This document shows positions 50,587 to 59,047 of a stretch of 64,000 nt of DNA, piece after piece. The stretch is from an uncultured delta proteobacterium. GTDB lineage: Bacteria; Desulfobacterota; Binatia; UBA9968. The first letter of the stretch is position 1; each line of letters begins with the position of its first letter. The notes beneath the pieces were generated by a model. It saw only the letters and a list, made by a program, of their open reading frames with translations. It did not search any database and had not been told where the DNA came from. The position numbers and the translations under genes were made by a program. The DNA is taken from NCBI GenBank assembly GCA_963804165.1, contig CAWDPO010000003.1:128001-192000 (forward strand), read 5' to 3'.

Positions 50587-51663
50587 GTGCTGATTCTCTC
50601 CAATGATGACATCGAGAAAATTTTACCCGTCGGCGCTTGCCTCGACGTGCTCGAAGAGGCTTATCGCGATCTCGGCAACGGCATGGCCGCGACCGTGCCG
50701 CGCTACGATGTTTTCAGCCCGACCAAGCCGAACGAGTTCTACGAGTACAAAACCATGAGCGGTGTATTGCCGAATCGCAACATCGCAGCACTGCGCCTCA
50801 ATTCCAGCGTCGTCAAATGGTACGAGAAAGCCGGCGGCATTCGCAAAGACAAGTTGCCGGTCGCGGGCGGCGACAAATTTGTCGGCTTGGTGATGCTGTT
50901 CAGCACCGAAACCGGCGAGCCGCTGGCGATATTTCCTGACGGTTACGTGCAAAAACTGCGCGTCGCGGGCGCCAGCGCGATCGCGGCGCGCTACCTCGCG
51001 CGCAAAGATTCACGCGTCATGGCGTTGCTCGGCACGGGCTGGCAGGCAAGTGCTCACCTGGTGACGCTGTCGATGATTCGCGATTTAACGCAGGTGAAAG
51101 TTTTCAGTCCGACGCCCGAGTCGCGGCGACGTTTTGTCGAAGAATGGTCGGGAAAGGTCCCGGCACAATTGATCGAGACCGGCAGCGCGGCGGAAGCGAT
51201 CGCCGACGCCGATATGGTGATTTGCACGACCAATTCGATATCGGCCTTGTTTTCCGGCGAAATATTGCAAGCCGGCATGCATGTTTCCTGTGTCAAGCCT
51301 TGCGAGCTCGACGTCACGACTTACAGAAGGTCCGATCCGCTGGTCATTCACTGGCGTGAAGCCAAGCCGTTCCAGATCGCCATCGGCGTCGACCGTCAGA
51401 TGATCCCAGACATCGCGGAAGGTTGGCAACATCCGCTCACGCGCGAAGACTGCGCGATCTGGGATTTTCCGACATTATCTGAATTGGTCAACGGCCAGCA
51501 TCCCGGCCGCGTGAAAGACGATGCGATCAGCTGTTTTTGCAACAACGTCGGTCTCGGCTTACAGTTCGCCGCAGTCGGTAGCGAAGTAGTGGCGCGCGCG
51601 CGGGAAGCGCGAGTGGGGCGGGAAATTCCGACGGATTGGTTTTTGCAGGATGTGCATCCCTAG
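50587..51663 (+). CDS. Ornithine cyclodeaminase / mu-crystallin family protein (second paralog)
   Basis: RBS AGGAGG before GTG; TGEPLAIFPDG, ALLGTGWQA, GLGLQFAAVG, IPTDWFLQDVHP. Confidence 0.88.
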   Translation: MLILSNDDIEKILPVGACLDVLEEAYRDLGNGMAATVPRYDVFSPTKPNEFYEYKTMSGVLPNRNIAALRLNSSVVKWYEKAGGIRKDKLPVAGGDKFVGLVMLFSTETGEPLAIFPDGYVQKLRVAGASAIAARYLARKDSRVMALLGTGWQASAHLVTLSMIRDLTQVKVFSPTPESRRRFVEEWSGKVPAQLIETGSAAEAIADADMVICTTNSISALFSGEILQAGMHVSCVKPCELDVTTYRRSDPLVIHWREAKPFQIAIGVDRQMIPDIAEGWQHPLTREDCAIWDFPTLSELVNGQHPGRVKDDAISCFCNNVGLGLQFAAVGSEVVARAREARVGREIPTDWFLQDVHP

Positions 51664-51668
51664 GGGCT

Positions 51669-51696
51669 GTTCAAGGTTCAAAGTTCAAGGTTCAAA
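51669..51696. repeat. Heptamer tandem repeat (GTTCAAR)4
   Basis: GTTCAAG GTTCAAA GTTCAAG GTTCAAA just after the stop codon. Confidence 0.85.
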
Positions 51697-51705
51697 GCTA
51701 CAAGA

Positions 51706-52050
51706 ATGAACACATTCTGCATCATCCTTTTGTTTTTGCTCTCTGTGTTCGTTTGATCGATACAGGCGCAGATTGAAGGCAGAGTCACTTATCCGACTAC
51801 CGTCGGTTCGACAAGAATTTCGCCGTAAGTAAGAGTGATCCGCAAATACTCGCGCATCGCGGACCAAGAAGCCCTCGAAGAAATTTACCAGCACTACGCC
51901 GTCAAGATCATGCCTAGAGTTCCCTATCCGAAGGGAATTCAAATGGTGCTCGCCGAAGGCCAAGAGCCTCGCCCTGGTAAGTTTATCGACAGCAGCTATG
52001 TGAAAGAGCTGGAGCAGGCGGGATTTATCAAGAAGCTTTACGGCGAGTAG
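51706..52050 (+). pseudogene. Remnant of an NMT1-type substrate-binding protein gene
   Basis: Signal-peptide-like MNTFCIILLFLLSVFV* at 51706, then only the family C-terminus (...FIDSSYVKELEQAGFIKKLYGE), which resembles the end of 49386-50444. Confidence 0.6.
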
Positions 52051-52201
52051 CCGGTCACATTTTCGCGCGATGGATCTTCGACGATCGATTTTATCCCGCT
52101 CGTCGATGACGATACTCTTCCGGCAATTTTGAATATTCGGTTAGAAAAGTTTTTTTCAGCGAGCGGCAACAAGCGGGATACAAAATTTTCACGGATTTTT
52201 A

Positions 52202-52230
52202 TTGACAGTTTGAAACCACTTTCGTAAACT
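52202..52230 (+). promoter_or_regulatory. Strong sigma70-type promoter with AT-rich upstream element
   Basis: TTGACA (52202-07), 17 bp spacer, TAAACT (52225-30); AT-rich AAAATTTT...ATTTTTA upstream; GCGTTC immediately downstream. Confidence 0.75.
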
Positions 52231-52236
52231 GCGTTC

Positions 52237-52387
52237 AGCAGGGAAAGGAGGTGGTCCAGACATGATTGATAAATGTACTGTCTGCGAGGTGGCTGAGACC
52301 TAGGCTCTAGGCGGAATCTTTGACGGGGATTCGGGCCTGGAGCCTGGGAATCCCCCTCAGTCCACCTAGGGGTCCGCTTCGGCGGGA
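52237..52387 (+). ncRNA. Candidate small structured transcript carrying an extended 16S-complementary SD and a micro-ORF
   Basis: Own promoter; AAAGGAGGTGGTCCAG (52244-59); long hairpin 52305-52371; CCGC-UUCG-GCGG hairpin 52374-85. Transcript ends are inferred. Confidence 0.55.
52262..52303 (+). CDS. 13-aa micro-ORF MIDKCTVCEVAET
   Basis: ATG follows AAAGGAGGTGGTCCAGAC; TAG at 52301-03; too short for the ORF track. Confidence 0.55.
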   Translation: MIDKCTVCEVAET

Positions 52388-53116
52388 TTAGTTTTCCGCT
52401 GGAGCGGACCTTCTTTTCTTCAACAACTCGAGAGCCGCGGCGGCGGTTTTTCTGGATTGATCGTCGTTACTTTCGCTGGCGGCGTGCAGAGCGATTAAAA
52501 ACTCGTCCGACGGCGATCCTATATTCGCCAGCACGATCGCCGCAACATTGCGCACCCGCAGATCCGAGTCTTCCACGTAAGCTTTCAATAAGAGTGTCTT
52601 CCCGGTTTCTTTGACATCCGGTCTCGGCTTCAGACAGATCACGGCAGCCACTCTGACGGTTGGATCGGCATCGCTCAGAGCGTTGACCAACGCGGTCAAA
52701 CTCGCGGCGTCGTTTAAAATCAGGTCGCGAATACAGTACAAAGCCATCCTTTTTTGATTGGCCGTTCCGCATGCACTGAGATCGATCAGGCGGCTGACGA
52801 CATTGGGATCTTGCCTAGCGATGCGAATCAGCAGCAACGCCATCGCCCAGCGGATGTCCGGTTCGCGGTGATCGAGCGCGTCGAGCAAAGTTTGCACGAC
52901 AGTACCGGTTGGAAAGGGAAGTTGCCCTAGTAGATAGGCGACCGGCCAATAATTTTTGTGTCCAGATTGAGTCAGCCGTTCGTTCAGCAACGCGCGCAGA
53001 TTGGGAGATCGCTCGGCTAGTGGAATGAGCGCATCGACGGCGGCGCGAATCGTCGGCTTGTCGTGATGATCCAAGTCGGCGATCAGCGCGGCGATCTCGT
53101 TATCGTCCATAGTCAT
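52388..53116 (-). CDS. HEAT-repeat protein
   Basis: Repeated LD/SD..P.IR/VR.AA units. Confidence 0.8.
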   Translation of the reverse strand: MTMDDNEIAALIADLDHHDKPTIRAAVDALIPLAERSPNLRALLNERLTQSGHKNYWPVAYLLGQLPFPTGTVVQTLLDALDHREPDIRWAMALLLIRIARQDPNVVSRLIDLSACGTANQKRMALYCIRDLILNDAASLTALVNALSDADPTVRVAAVICLKPRPDVKETGKTLLLKAYVEDSDLRVRNVAAIVLANIGSPSDEFLIALHAASESNDDQSRKTAAAALELLKKRRSAPAEN

Positions 53117-53174
53117 GAGCGGTCACTGAGTAAAGCCAGCGCTTTCGTGCCGATCTGCAGATGGACGGGACCGA

Positions 53175-54374
53175 TCAAATTTCGAGAAACTGCGGACAGT
53201 CGGTCAAATTGCGGTTGCCTTTGGCGTTGACAACGACAACGTCCTCCAGACGCACACCCCCGACGCCAAGATAATACAGCCCGGGCTCCACTGTCACGAC
53301 ATGACCGGTGCGCAGAATTGCGTCTACGGGCGCGATGCGCGGCGGTTCATGAATATCCAGACCCAAACCATGGCCCGTGCCATGAAAAAAGCCTTGCATG
53401 CGGCCGTTGATTCTACCGGTTGGGAAACCGCGTGCGGCGAAGAGATTCAAAATATTCTGATGAACCTCTTTGCCGTTAATGCCGTCGCGAATCTGCTCGA
53501 AGCCGATCCGTTGCCCCGCTTGTACCGTGGCGTAGATTTCCTTGAGCTTGTCGGAGGCGCGCCCGCGCACGACCGTCCGGCTCAGATCGCCGAAATAGCC
53601 GTTGCGTTGCGAGCGCGGAAAGATATCGAAGATGATCGAAGTGTTCGCTTTGATCGGTCCGCTGCCTTCGTGGTGCGGATCGACGCATTGATTGCCCGAC
53701 GAAATAATCGTGTGGCTCGGCAACCAACCCTGCGCCATGATCGTGGTGTTGACCGCGGTCTTCAGCATTTCGGACGTTAATCGCGTTCCATTCAAGTAAA
53801 GGTAACCGTCGCGTTTGGATTGAGTTCGCTTGAGCATGCGGATGCCGGCTTCGAGCCCAAGCCGCGCCACGCGCAAAGATTCGGCAATCTGCTGAACCTC
53901 AGCGCGGTTCTTGGCCTCGCGTTCGGCCCAAAACGGATCGCGCTTGATCTGCACGCTATAGCCTTTGGCTCTGAGTTGATCGGCCAGCAAAGCGGAAAAG
54001 TTTGCCGGCACGATCAGGGAGCGAATGCCTCTTTCGCGAAACAATAAATCGAGAATGTCGATCATGCCCGCCGGCGCCTTGCCGAGCTTGCGCAATTTGC
54101 GCTGGTAAGACGAAAGGGACAGAACGCGATCGACATGGGCCTGTTTTTTTGCTCGGTCGATCTCCAAGTCGCTCATCACGACAAACTTGATATTCTTGTG
54201 CTCAAAAAAAATGAACGGATCGGGCACGAAGAAGCCGACAGCGTAGAGCATATTGGCGTCGCCTTCGCTTGCGGTGACCAACAAGCGCGCCTGGTCGGCA
54301 CGCGGCTTCGCGACGCGTTGATCGTTCTTGAAATCAGTTTTTGCTCGGGAGCGTTGGGGTTTTGTTTCGACCAT
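53175..54374 (-). CDS. Xaa-Pro aminopeptidase (M24)
   Basis: DIFPR..GYFGDLSRT, HGTGHGLGLDIHE, TVEPGLY, GVRLED; start position uncertain. Confidence 0.9.
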   Translation of the reverse strand: MVETKPQRSRAKTDFKNDQRVAKPRADQARLLVTASEGDANMLYAVGFFVPDPFIFFEHKNIKFVVMSDLEIDRAKKQAHVDRVLSLSSYQRKLRKLGKAPAGMIDILDLLFRERGIRSLIVPANFSALLADQLRAKGYSVQIKRDPFWAEREAKNRAEVQQIAESLRVARLGLEAGIRMLKRTQSKRDGYLYLNGTRLTSEMLKTAVNTTIMAQGWLPSHTIISSGNQCVDPHHEGSGPIKANTSIIFDIFPRSQRNGYFGDLSRTVVRGRASDKLKEIYATVQAGQRIGFEQIRDGINGKEVHQNILNLFAARGFPTGRINGRMQGFFHGTGHGLGLDIHEPPRIAPVDAILRTGHVVTVEPGLYYLGVGGVRLEDVVVVNAKGNRNLTDCPQFLEI

Positions 54375-54486
54375 GTTTTGTTTAGCTCGTGAAAATTGAG
54401 CGTCGATTCGCTCGATGGAATAGTAACGCGAGCCCATCGCCAAGCGCAACTTCGCGGTGTTGCGACGCCTCTACGGCGCAATTCTG

Positions 54487-54514
54487 TTGACACACTAAGG
54501 CCGTTTGTTATGAT
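54487..54514 (+). promoter_or_regulatory. Putative sigma70 promoter of the carboxylase operon
   Basis: TTGACA-16 bp-TATGAT with a TGn extended -10. Confidence 0.55.
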
Positions 54515-54573
54515 GCCGCCACTCGCTGGCAGGAAAACTTTGATCTCGCGTCTAAGGATTTGTTTTCATGGTC

Positions 54574-56118
54574 ATGACGAATAACTTCGACAAGCTGCGT
54601 GAGCTTAATCAAAAGGCCGACGCCGGGGGCGGAGAGGAGCGCGCGCGCCGCCAGCATGAACAGGGAAAACTGCTAGCGCGCGAACGACTCGACATCCTGC
54701 TCGATAGCGGCAGCTTCGTGGAGCTCGATCGTTTGCGTCTGCACGACTGCACCGAATTCGGCATGGAAAAACAAAAGTTTTTCGGCGATGCGGTGGTGAC
54801 GGGTTTCGGCGCGATCGATGGCCGCTTAGTTTACGTTTACTCCCAGGACTTCACCGTCTTTGGCGGCAGCCTGAGCCGCGTCGTTGCAGACAAAATATGC
54901 AAAGTGATGGACATGGCGATCAAGAACGGCGCGCCGCTCATCGGCATCAACGATTCCGGCGGCGCGCGTATTCAAGAAGGCGTCGATAGTCTCGCCGGAT
55001 ACGGTGAAATCTTTCAGCGTAACGTCATGGCGTCGGGTGTCGTGCCGCAAATCACGGCGATCATGGGGCCGTGCGCCGGGGGCGCGGTTTATTCGCCGGC
55101 GATCACCGATTTTATTTTCATGTTGAAGACCAACAGTTACATGTTCATCACCGGTCCCGACGTCATCAAAACCGTGACACACGAAGAAGTCACCAAGGAG
55201 GCTCTGGGCGGCGCCGAGACCCACGCGGGCGCGAGCGGTGTGGCGCATTTCACCGCCAACACGGAAAAAGATTGTCTGCTGATGATCCGCGACTTGATCG
55301 GCTTTTTGCCGAGCAATAACCAGGAAGATCCGCCGTTTCGTCCAAACACCGACGATCCGTTGCGGCGCGACCGCCGGCTCAAGGATCTAGTTCCGGATAA
55401 TCCCAACCGTCCTTACGACATGAAGGACCTAATTACGGCCGTCGTCGACGAAGGATATTTCTACGAGGTGCAATCGGAGTTCGCCTGCAACATTCTCATC
55501 GGATTCGCTCGTCTCGGCGGGCGTTCGGTCGGCATCGTCGCCAATCAGCCCGCCCACCTGGCAGGCTGTTTAGACATCAACGCGTCGGTGAAGGCGGCTC
55601 GCTTCATTCGATTTTGCGATTGTTTCAATATTCCCGTGGTGACGTTCGTCGACGTGCCGGGTTTTTTGCCGGGTACGGATCAGGAGTATCACGGTATCAT
55701 CCGCCATGGCGCGAAATTGCTCTATGCCTACGCCGAAGCGACGGTGCCGAAAATTACCATTGTGACGCGCAAGGCTTATGGCGGTGGTTACATCGTGATG
55801 TCGAGCAAACATTTGCGCGGTGATATCAACTTGGCGTATCCGACCGGCGAGATCGCCGTGATGGGGCCAGAAGGCGCGATCAATATCGTTTTTCGCGACG
55901 CCCTGCAGAAGGCTGCCGATCCGGCCAAGGCGCGCGACGAGATGGTCGCCACCTATCGGCAAACTTTCGCCAACCCTTTCAAAGCCGCGGAAGCGGGTTA
56001 TGTCGACGCGGTGATTTATCCCGAAGAAACGCGTCCGACATTGATCCGCGCGCTGGAAATGCTGAAAAATAAACAAGACCACAATCCGCCGAAGAAGCAT
56101 GGGAATATTCCACTCTGA
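54574..56118 (+). CDS. pccB: Acyl-CoA (propionyl-CoA-type) carboxylase, carboxyltransferase subunit
   Basis: QDFTVFGGSL, DSGGARIQEG, GPCAGGAVYSPA, VDVPGFLPG, KKHGNIPL. Confidence 0.9.
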   Translation: MTNNFDKLRELNQKADAGGGEERARRQHEQGKLLARERLDILLDSGSFVELDRLRLHDCTEFGMEKQKFFGDAVVTGFGAIDGRLVYVYSQDFTVFGGSLSRVVADKICKVMDMAIKNGAPLIGINDSGGARIQEGVDSLAGYGEIFQRNVMASGVVPQITAIMGPCAGGAVYSPAITDFIFMLKTNSYMFITGPDVIKTVTHEEVTKEALGGAETHAGASGVAHFTANTEKDCLLMIRDLIGFLPSNNQEDPPFRPNTDDPLRRDRRLKDLVPDNPNRPYDMKDLITAVVDEGYFYEVQSEFACNILIGFARLGGRSVGIVANQPAHLAGCLDINASVKAARFIRFCDCFNIPVVTFVDVPGFLPGTDQEYHGIIRHGAKLLYAYAEATVPKITIVTRKAYGGGYIVMSSKHLRGDINLAYPTGEIAVMGPEGAINIVFRDALQKAADPAKARDEMVATYRQTFANPFKAAEAGYVDAVIYPEETRPTLIRALEMLKNKQDHNPPKKHGNIPL

Positions 56119-56148
56119 AGAAGAGGCGTTGGGCAACCGTTTATCGTT

Positions 56149-56176
56149 GTAGGGGCGCAGCATGCTGCGTCCCTAC
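56149..56176. repeat. GTAG-type REP-like palindrome
   Basis: GTAGGGGCGCAGCATGCTGCGTCCCTAC, a near-perfect palindrome between pccB and accC. Confidence 0.75.
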
Positions 56177-56209
56177 GCCTATGGCCTATCGCTTGTCGCC
56201 TCTCCCAGT

Positions 56210-57751
56210 ATGTTTAAGCGCATCCTCATCGCCAACCGCGGCGAGATCGCGGTGCGCATCGCGCGCGCTTGCCGCGAGCTCGATATCGAAACGGTTGCGG
56301 TCTATTCCGCAGCCGACCGCGAATCGCTCCACGTAAAATACGCCGATTACGCCTACCCGATCGGACCGGCGCCGTCGACGCAAAGTTACCTATCGATCGA
56401 CCGCATAATCGAAGTCTGCAAAAAGAGCGGGGCGGAAGCGGTGCACCCGGGTTACGGATTTTTAGCGGAGAACGCGAAGTTTGCTCAGCGGTGCAAGGAC
56501 GAAGGCATCGTGTTCATCGGTCCGTCGCCGCAAGTGATCGATCAGATGGGCGACAAAGTGAAGGCGCGCCAAATCATGAAGGGCGCCGGCGTGCCCGTGG
56601 TCCCCGGGTCGGACGGCATTCTCACCTCCGAAGAAGAGGTCCTGAAGACGATTGAGTCCATCGGTTATCCATGTATGTTAAAAGCGGTCGCCGGCGGTGG
56701 CGGCAAGGGTCTGCGGCTGGTTCGCCAGCGACGCGAAGTGTCATCCGCGTTTCGTGCCGTTGGGTCTGAAGCGGCTTCTTCGTTCGGCGACGCCAGGCTT
56801 TACGTCGAGAAATTCATCGAAAAACCACGTCACGTGGAAATTCAGATCCTCGCCGATAGTTACGGCCACGTGATCCATCTCTATGACCGCGAATGTTCGA
56901 TCCAACGGCGCCATCAGAAGGTCCTCGAGGAGTCGCCGGCCCCTGGGTTAGAAGATCGCACGCGCCGACGCATCGGCAGGATCGCCATCCAGGGCGCGCG
57001 CGCGGTCCGATACGTCGGCGCCGGAACGTTGGAGTTTCTGCTCGACCAGGAGCAAAATTTTTATTTTCTTGAAATGAATACGCGCCTCCAAGTCGAGCAC
57101 GCTGTGACCGAGCGGGTGGTCGGCATCGATTTGGTCAAAGCCCAGATCGAGATCGCGGCGGGCGGCTATTTGCCGTGGCGCCAGCGCCATATCACACAGA
57201 CCGGTCACGCCATCGAATGCCGCATTTACGCCGAGGACCCGGAACGAGATTTCATGCCTTGTCCCGGCAAGATCGAGGGGCTGCGGCTGCCGGAAGGACT
57301 CGGTTTGAGAAATGACTGCGGTGTTTACGAAGGCGCAGAAGTGCCGATCTACTATGATCCGATGATCGCCAAGTTGATTACCTGGGGCGAAAATCGCGTC
57401 GAGGCGATTCTCCGCATGCGCCGCGCACTCCGTGAATACCAGGTGCGCGGCATCAAGACCAACATTTCATTCAATCAATGGATCTTGCGCCACCCGCGGT
57501 TCATGTCCGGAGACGTCAATACCGGTTTCATCGACCAAGAGTATCGGGCATCGAACAGCGAAGAAGTGCTGCCGCACAAGGAAATCGCGCTGGCATCCGC
57601 AGCGATCGCGGCGCTGCACCGCGAACAGGAGCAGACTCTGGGGCTTTTAGCGAGAGGAGCCGCCGAGCCGTCAAAGTGGCGCGAACAAGGAAAGCGTAAT
57701 TCGTTGCGCCGCCACGAAACGTTCCTGGGGCGCGGCTGGCGCCGCTCGTAA
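56210..57751 (+). CDS. accC: Biotin carboxylase subunit
   Basis: ILIANRGEIA, HPGYGFLAEN, GGGGKG, RECSIQRRHQK, EMNTRLQVEH, YDPMIAKLI. Confidence 0.93.
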   Translation: MFKRILIANRGEIAVRIARACRELDIETVAVYSAADRESLHVKYADYAYPIGPAPSTQSYLSIDRIIEVCKKSGAEAVHPGYGFLAENAKFAQRCKDEGIVFIGPSPQVIDQMGDKVKARQIMKGAGVPVVPGSDGILTSEEEVLKTIESIGYPCMLKAVAGGGGKGLRLVRQRREVSSAFRAVGSEAASSFGDARLYVEKFIEKPRHVEIQILADSYGHVIHLYDRECSIQRRHQKVLEESPAPGLEDRTRRRIGRIAIQGARAVRYVGAGTLEFLLDQEQNFYFLEMNTRLQVEHAVTERVVGIDLVKAQIEIAAGGYLPWRQRHITQTGHAIECRIYAEDPERDFMPCPGKIEGLRLPEGLGLRNDCGVYEGAEVPIYYDPMIAKLITWGENRVEAILRMRRALREYQVRGIKTNISFNQWILRHPRFMSGDVNTGFIDQEYRASNSEEVLPHKEIALASAAIAALHREQEQTLGLLARGAAEPSKWREQGKRNSLRRHETFLGRGWRRS

Positions 57752-57762
57752 CGGCTGTTGCC

Positions 57763-58266
57763 ATGGCTTTCATCGGCAAACTGGGGGAGCAGAGTTATAC
57801 CGTCGAGATCGAAGAGACGGGCAAGTCCGTCTATCGGGTATCGGTGGATGGCAATGAATTTCTCGTCGACGGAAAAAAGACCGGCCGAACCAATTACTCG
57901 TTGATTGTCGATGACCGGTCGTTTGAAATCGAGGTCGATAATACCGACGATGAGTATCGCGTGCTCGTCGATGGGCGCACTTATCGCATCCAGCTGGTCG
58001 ACGAGCGGCGGATGCGAGTCGGCGGCACGCAATCCGGCGTCGAGTTGGCGGGCCGCCAATTGGTCTCCGTGCCGATGCCCGGCAAGATCATCGCCATTTT
58101 AGTGGCGGAGGGTGACTCCGTCGAGAAAGGGCAGGGCTTGGTTATTGTCGAGGCCATGAAGATGGAAAACGAGGTCCGCAGTCCAATTGCCGGTGAGATC
58201 AAAGAGATCAAAGTAAAACCCGGCGACACTGTAGAGGGCGGCTCGGTGCTCGTTATCGTCGAGTAA
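57763..58266 (+). CDS. Biotin carboxyl carrier protein
   Basis: PMPGKI...EAMKMENE biotinylation motif. Confidence 0.93.
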   Translation: MAFIGKLGEQSYTVEIEETGKSVYRVSVDGNEFLVDGKKTGRTNYSLIVDDRSFEIEVDNTDDEYRVLVDGRTYRIQLVDERRMRVGGTQSGVELAGRQLVSVPMPGKIIAILVAEGDSVEKGQGLVIVEAMKMENEVRSPIAGEIKEIKVKPGDTVEGGSVLVIVE

Positions 58267-58335
58267 CGAGTTTTTAACCAATTTCTTGAGTCTTATTGTT
58301 GTCACTTAGATTCATTCGTGTTATAGCAGCCAAAA

Positions 58336-58887
58336 ATGATTCCCAAAAAATGTTTTTTTACCAAAGGAGTCGGCGTCCACAAGGAAAAGTTGGCATCTTT
58401 TGAGTTGGCGTTGCGCTCGGCCGGCCTGGCCTTCTGCAATCTAGTCTTGGTGTCGAGCATCTACCCGCCGGGTTGCAAACGAATCTCCAAGGAAGAGGGG
58501 ACCAAGCTCCTACGGCCCGGTGAGATCGTCTTTTGTGTATATGACCGCGAGAGCACCAATGAGCCGAATCGTTTAGTCGCTGCGTCAGTCGGCGTCGCCA
58601 TACCCGCGGACCAGGAGCAACATGGCTATCTCTCGGAACACCATTCGTTCGGCGAGACCGAAGAAAAAGCCGGCGAGTACGCCGAAGACTTGGCCGCCAG
58701 CATGTTAGCCACCACCCTCGGCATTGAGTTCGACCCGGATATTGCTTGGGACGAGAGAGAAAATCTGTTCAAAATGTCCGGCAAAATTGTGCGCACGACG
58801 AACATCACCCAGTCCGCGATCGGCAACAAGGACGGGCTCTGGACGACGGTATTTGCCGCGTGTGCCTTCGTCAACGAAGACAGCTAG
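58336..58887 (+). CDS. Pyruvoyl-dependent arginine decarboxylase
   Basis: [21 protein letters not shown] (SS self-cleavage site), [16 protein letters not shown]. Confidence 0.88.
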   Translation: MIPKKCFFTKGVGVHKEKLASFELALRSAGLAFCNLVLVSSIYPPGCKRISKEEGTKLLRPGEIVFCVYDRESTNEPNRLVAASVGVAIPADQEQHGYLSEHHSFGETEEKAGEYAEDLAASMLATTLGIEFDPDIAWDERENLFKMSGKIVRTTNITQSAIGNKDGLWTTVFAACAFVNEDS

Positions 58888-58949
58888 CGACCACAATACC
58901 GCTCCGTGGGTCTTGTCGCCGCCCAAGCATCCCACTTCGGAGTAAAATT

Positions 58950-59047
58950 TGGAGTGATGGAGTATTGGAGTAATGGGTTCAGAAAACCCAATGCCCCACT
59001 ATAAATCCAGTATCTCGTTCGCCCAACGCTCCCATTCTCCTCACTCC
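58950..59047. repeat. Inverted octamer tandem repeats between convergent genes
   Basis: TGGAGTGA TGGAGTAT TGGAGTAA TGGGTT ... AACCCAATGCCCC... degenerate right arm ending in TCACTCC, which contains the tatC stop. Confidence 0.8.

Noticed and set aside
52241-52261. Possible 16S rRNA 3'-end remnant on the minus strand
   Set aside because: The flanking sequence has no 16S similarity (no GTAACAAGGTAGCCGTA-like segment). The match sits between a + strand promoter and an ATG, so it reads as an extended SD.
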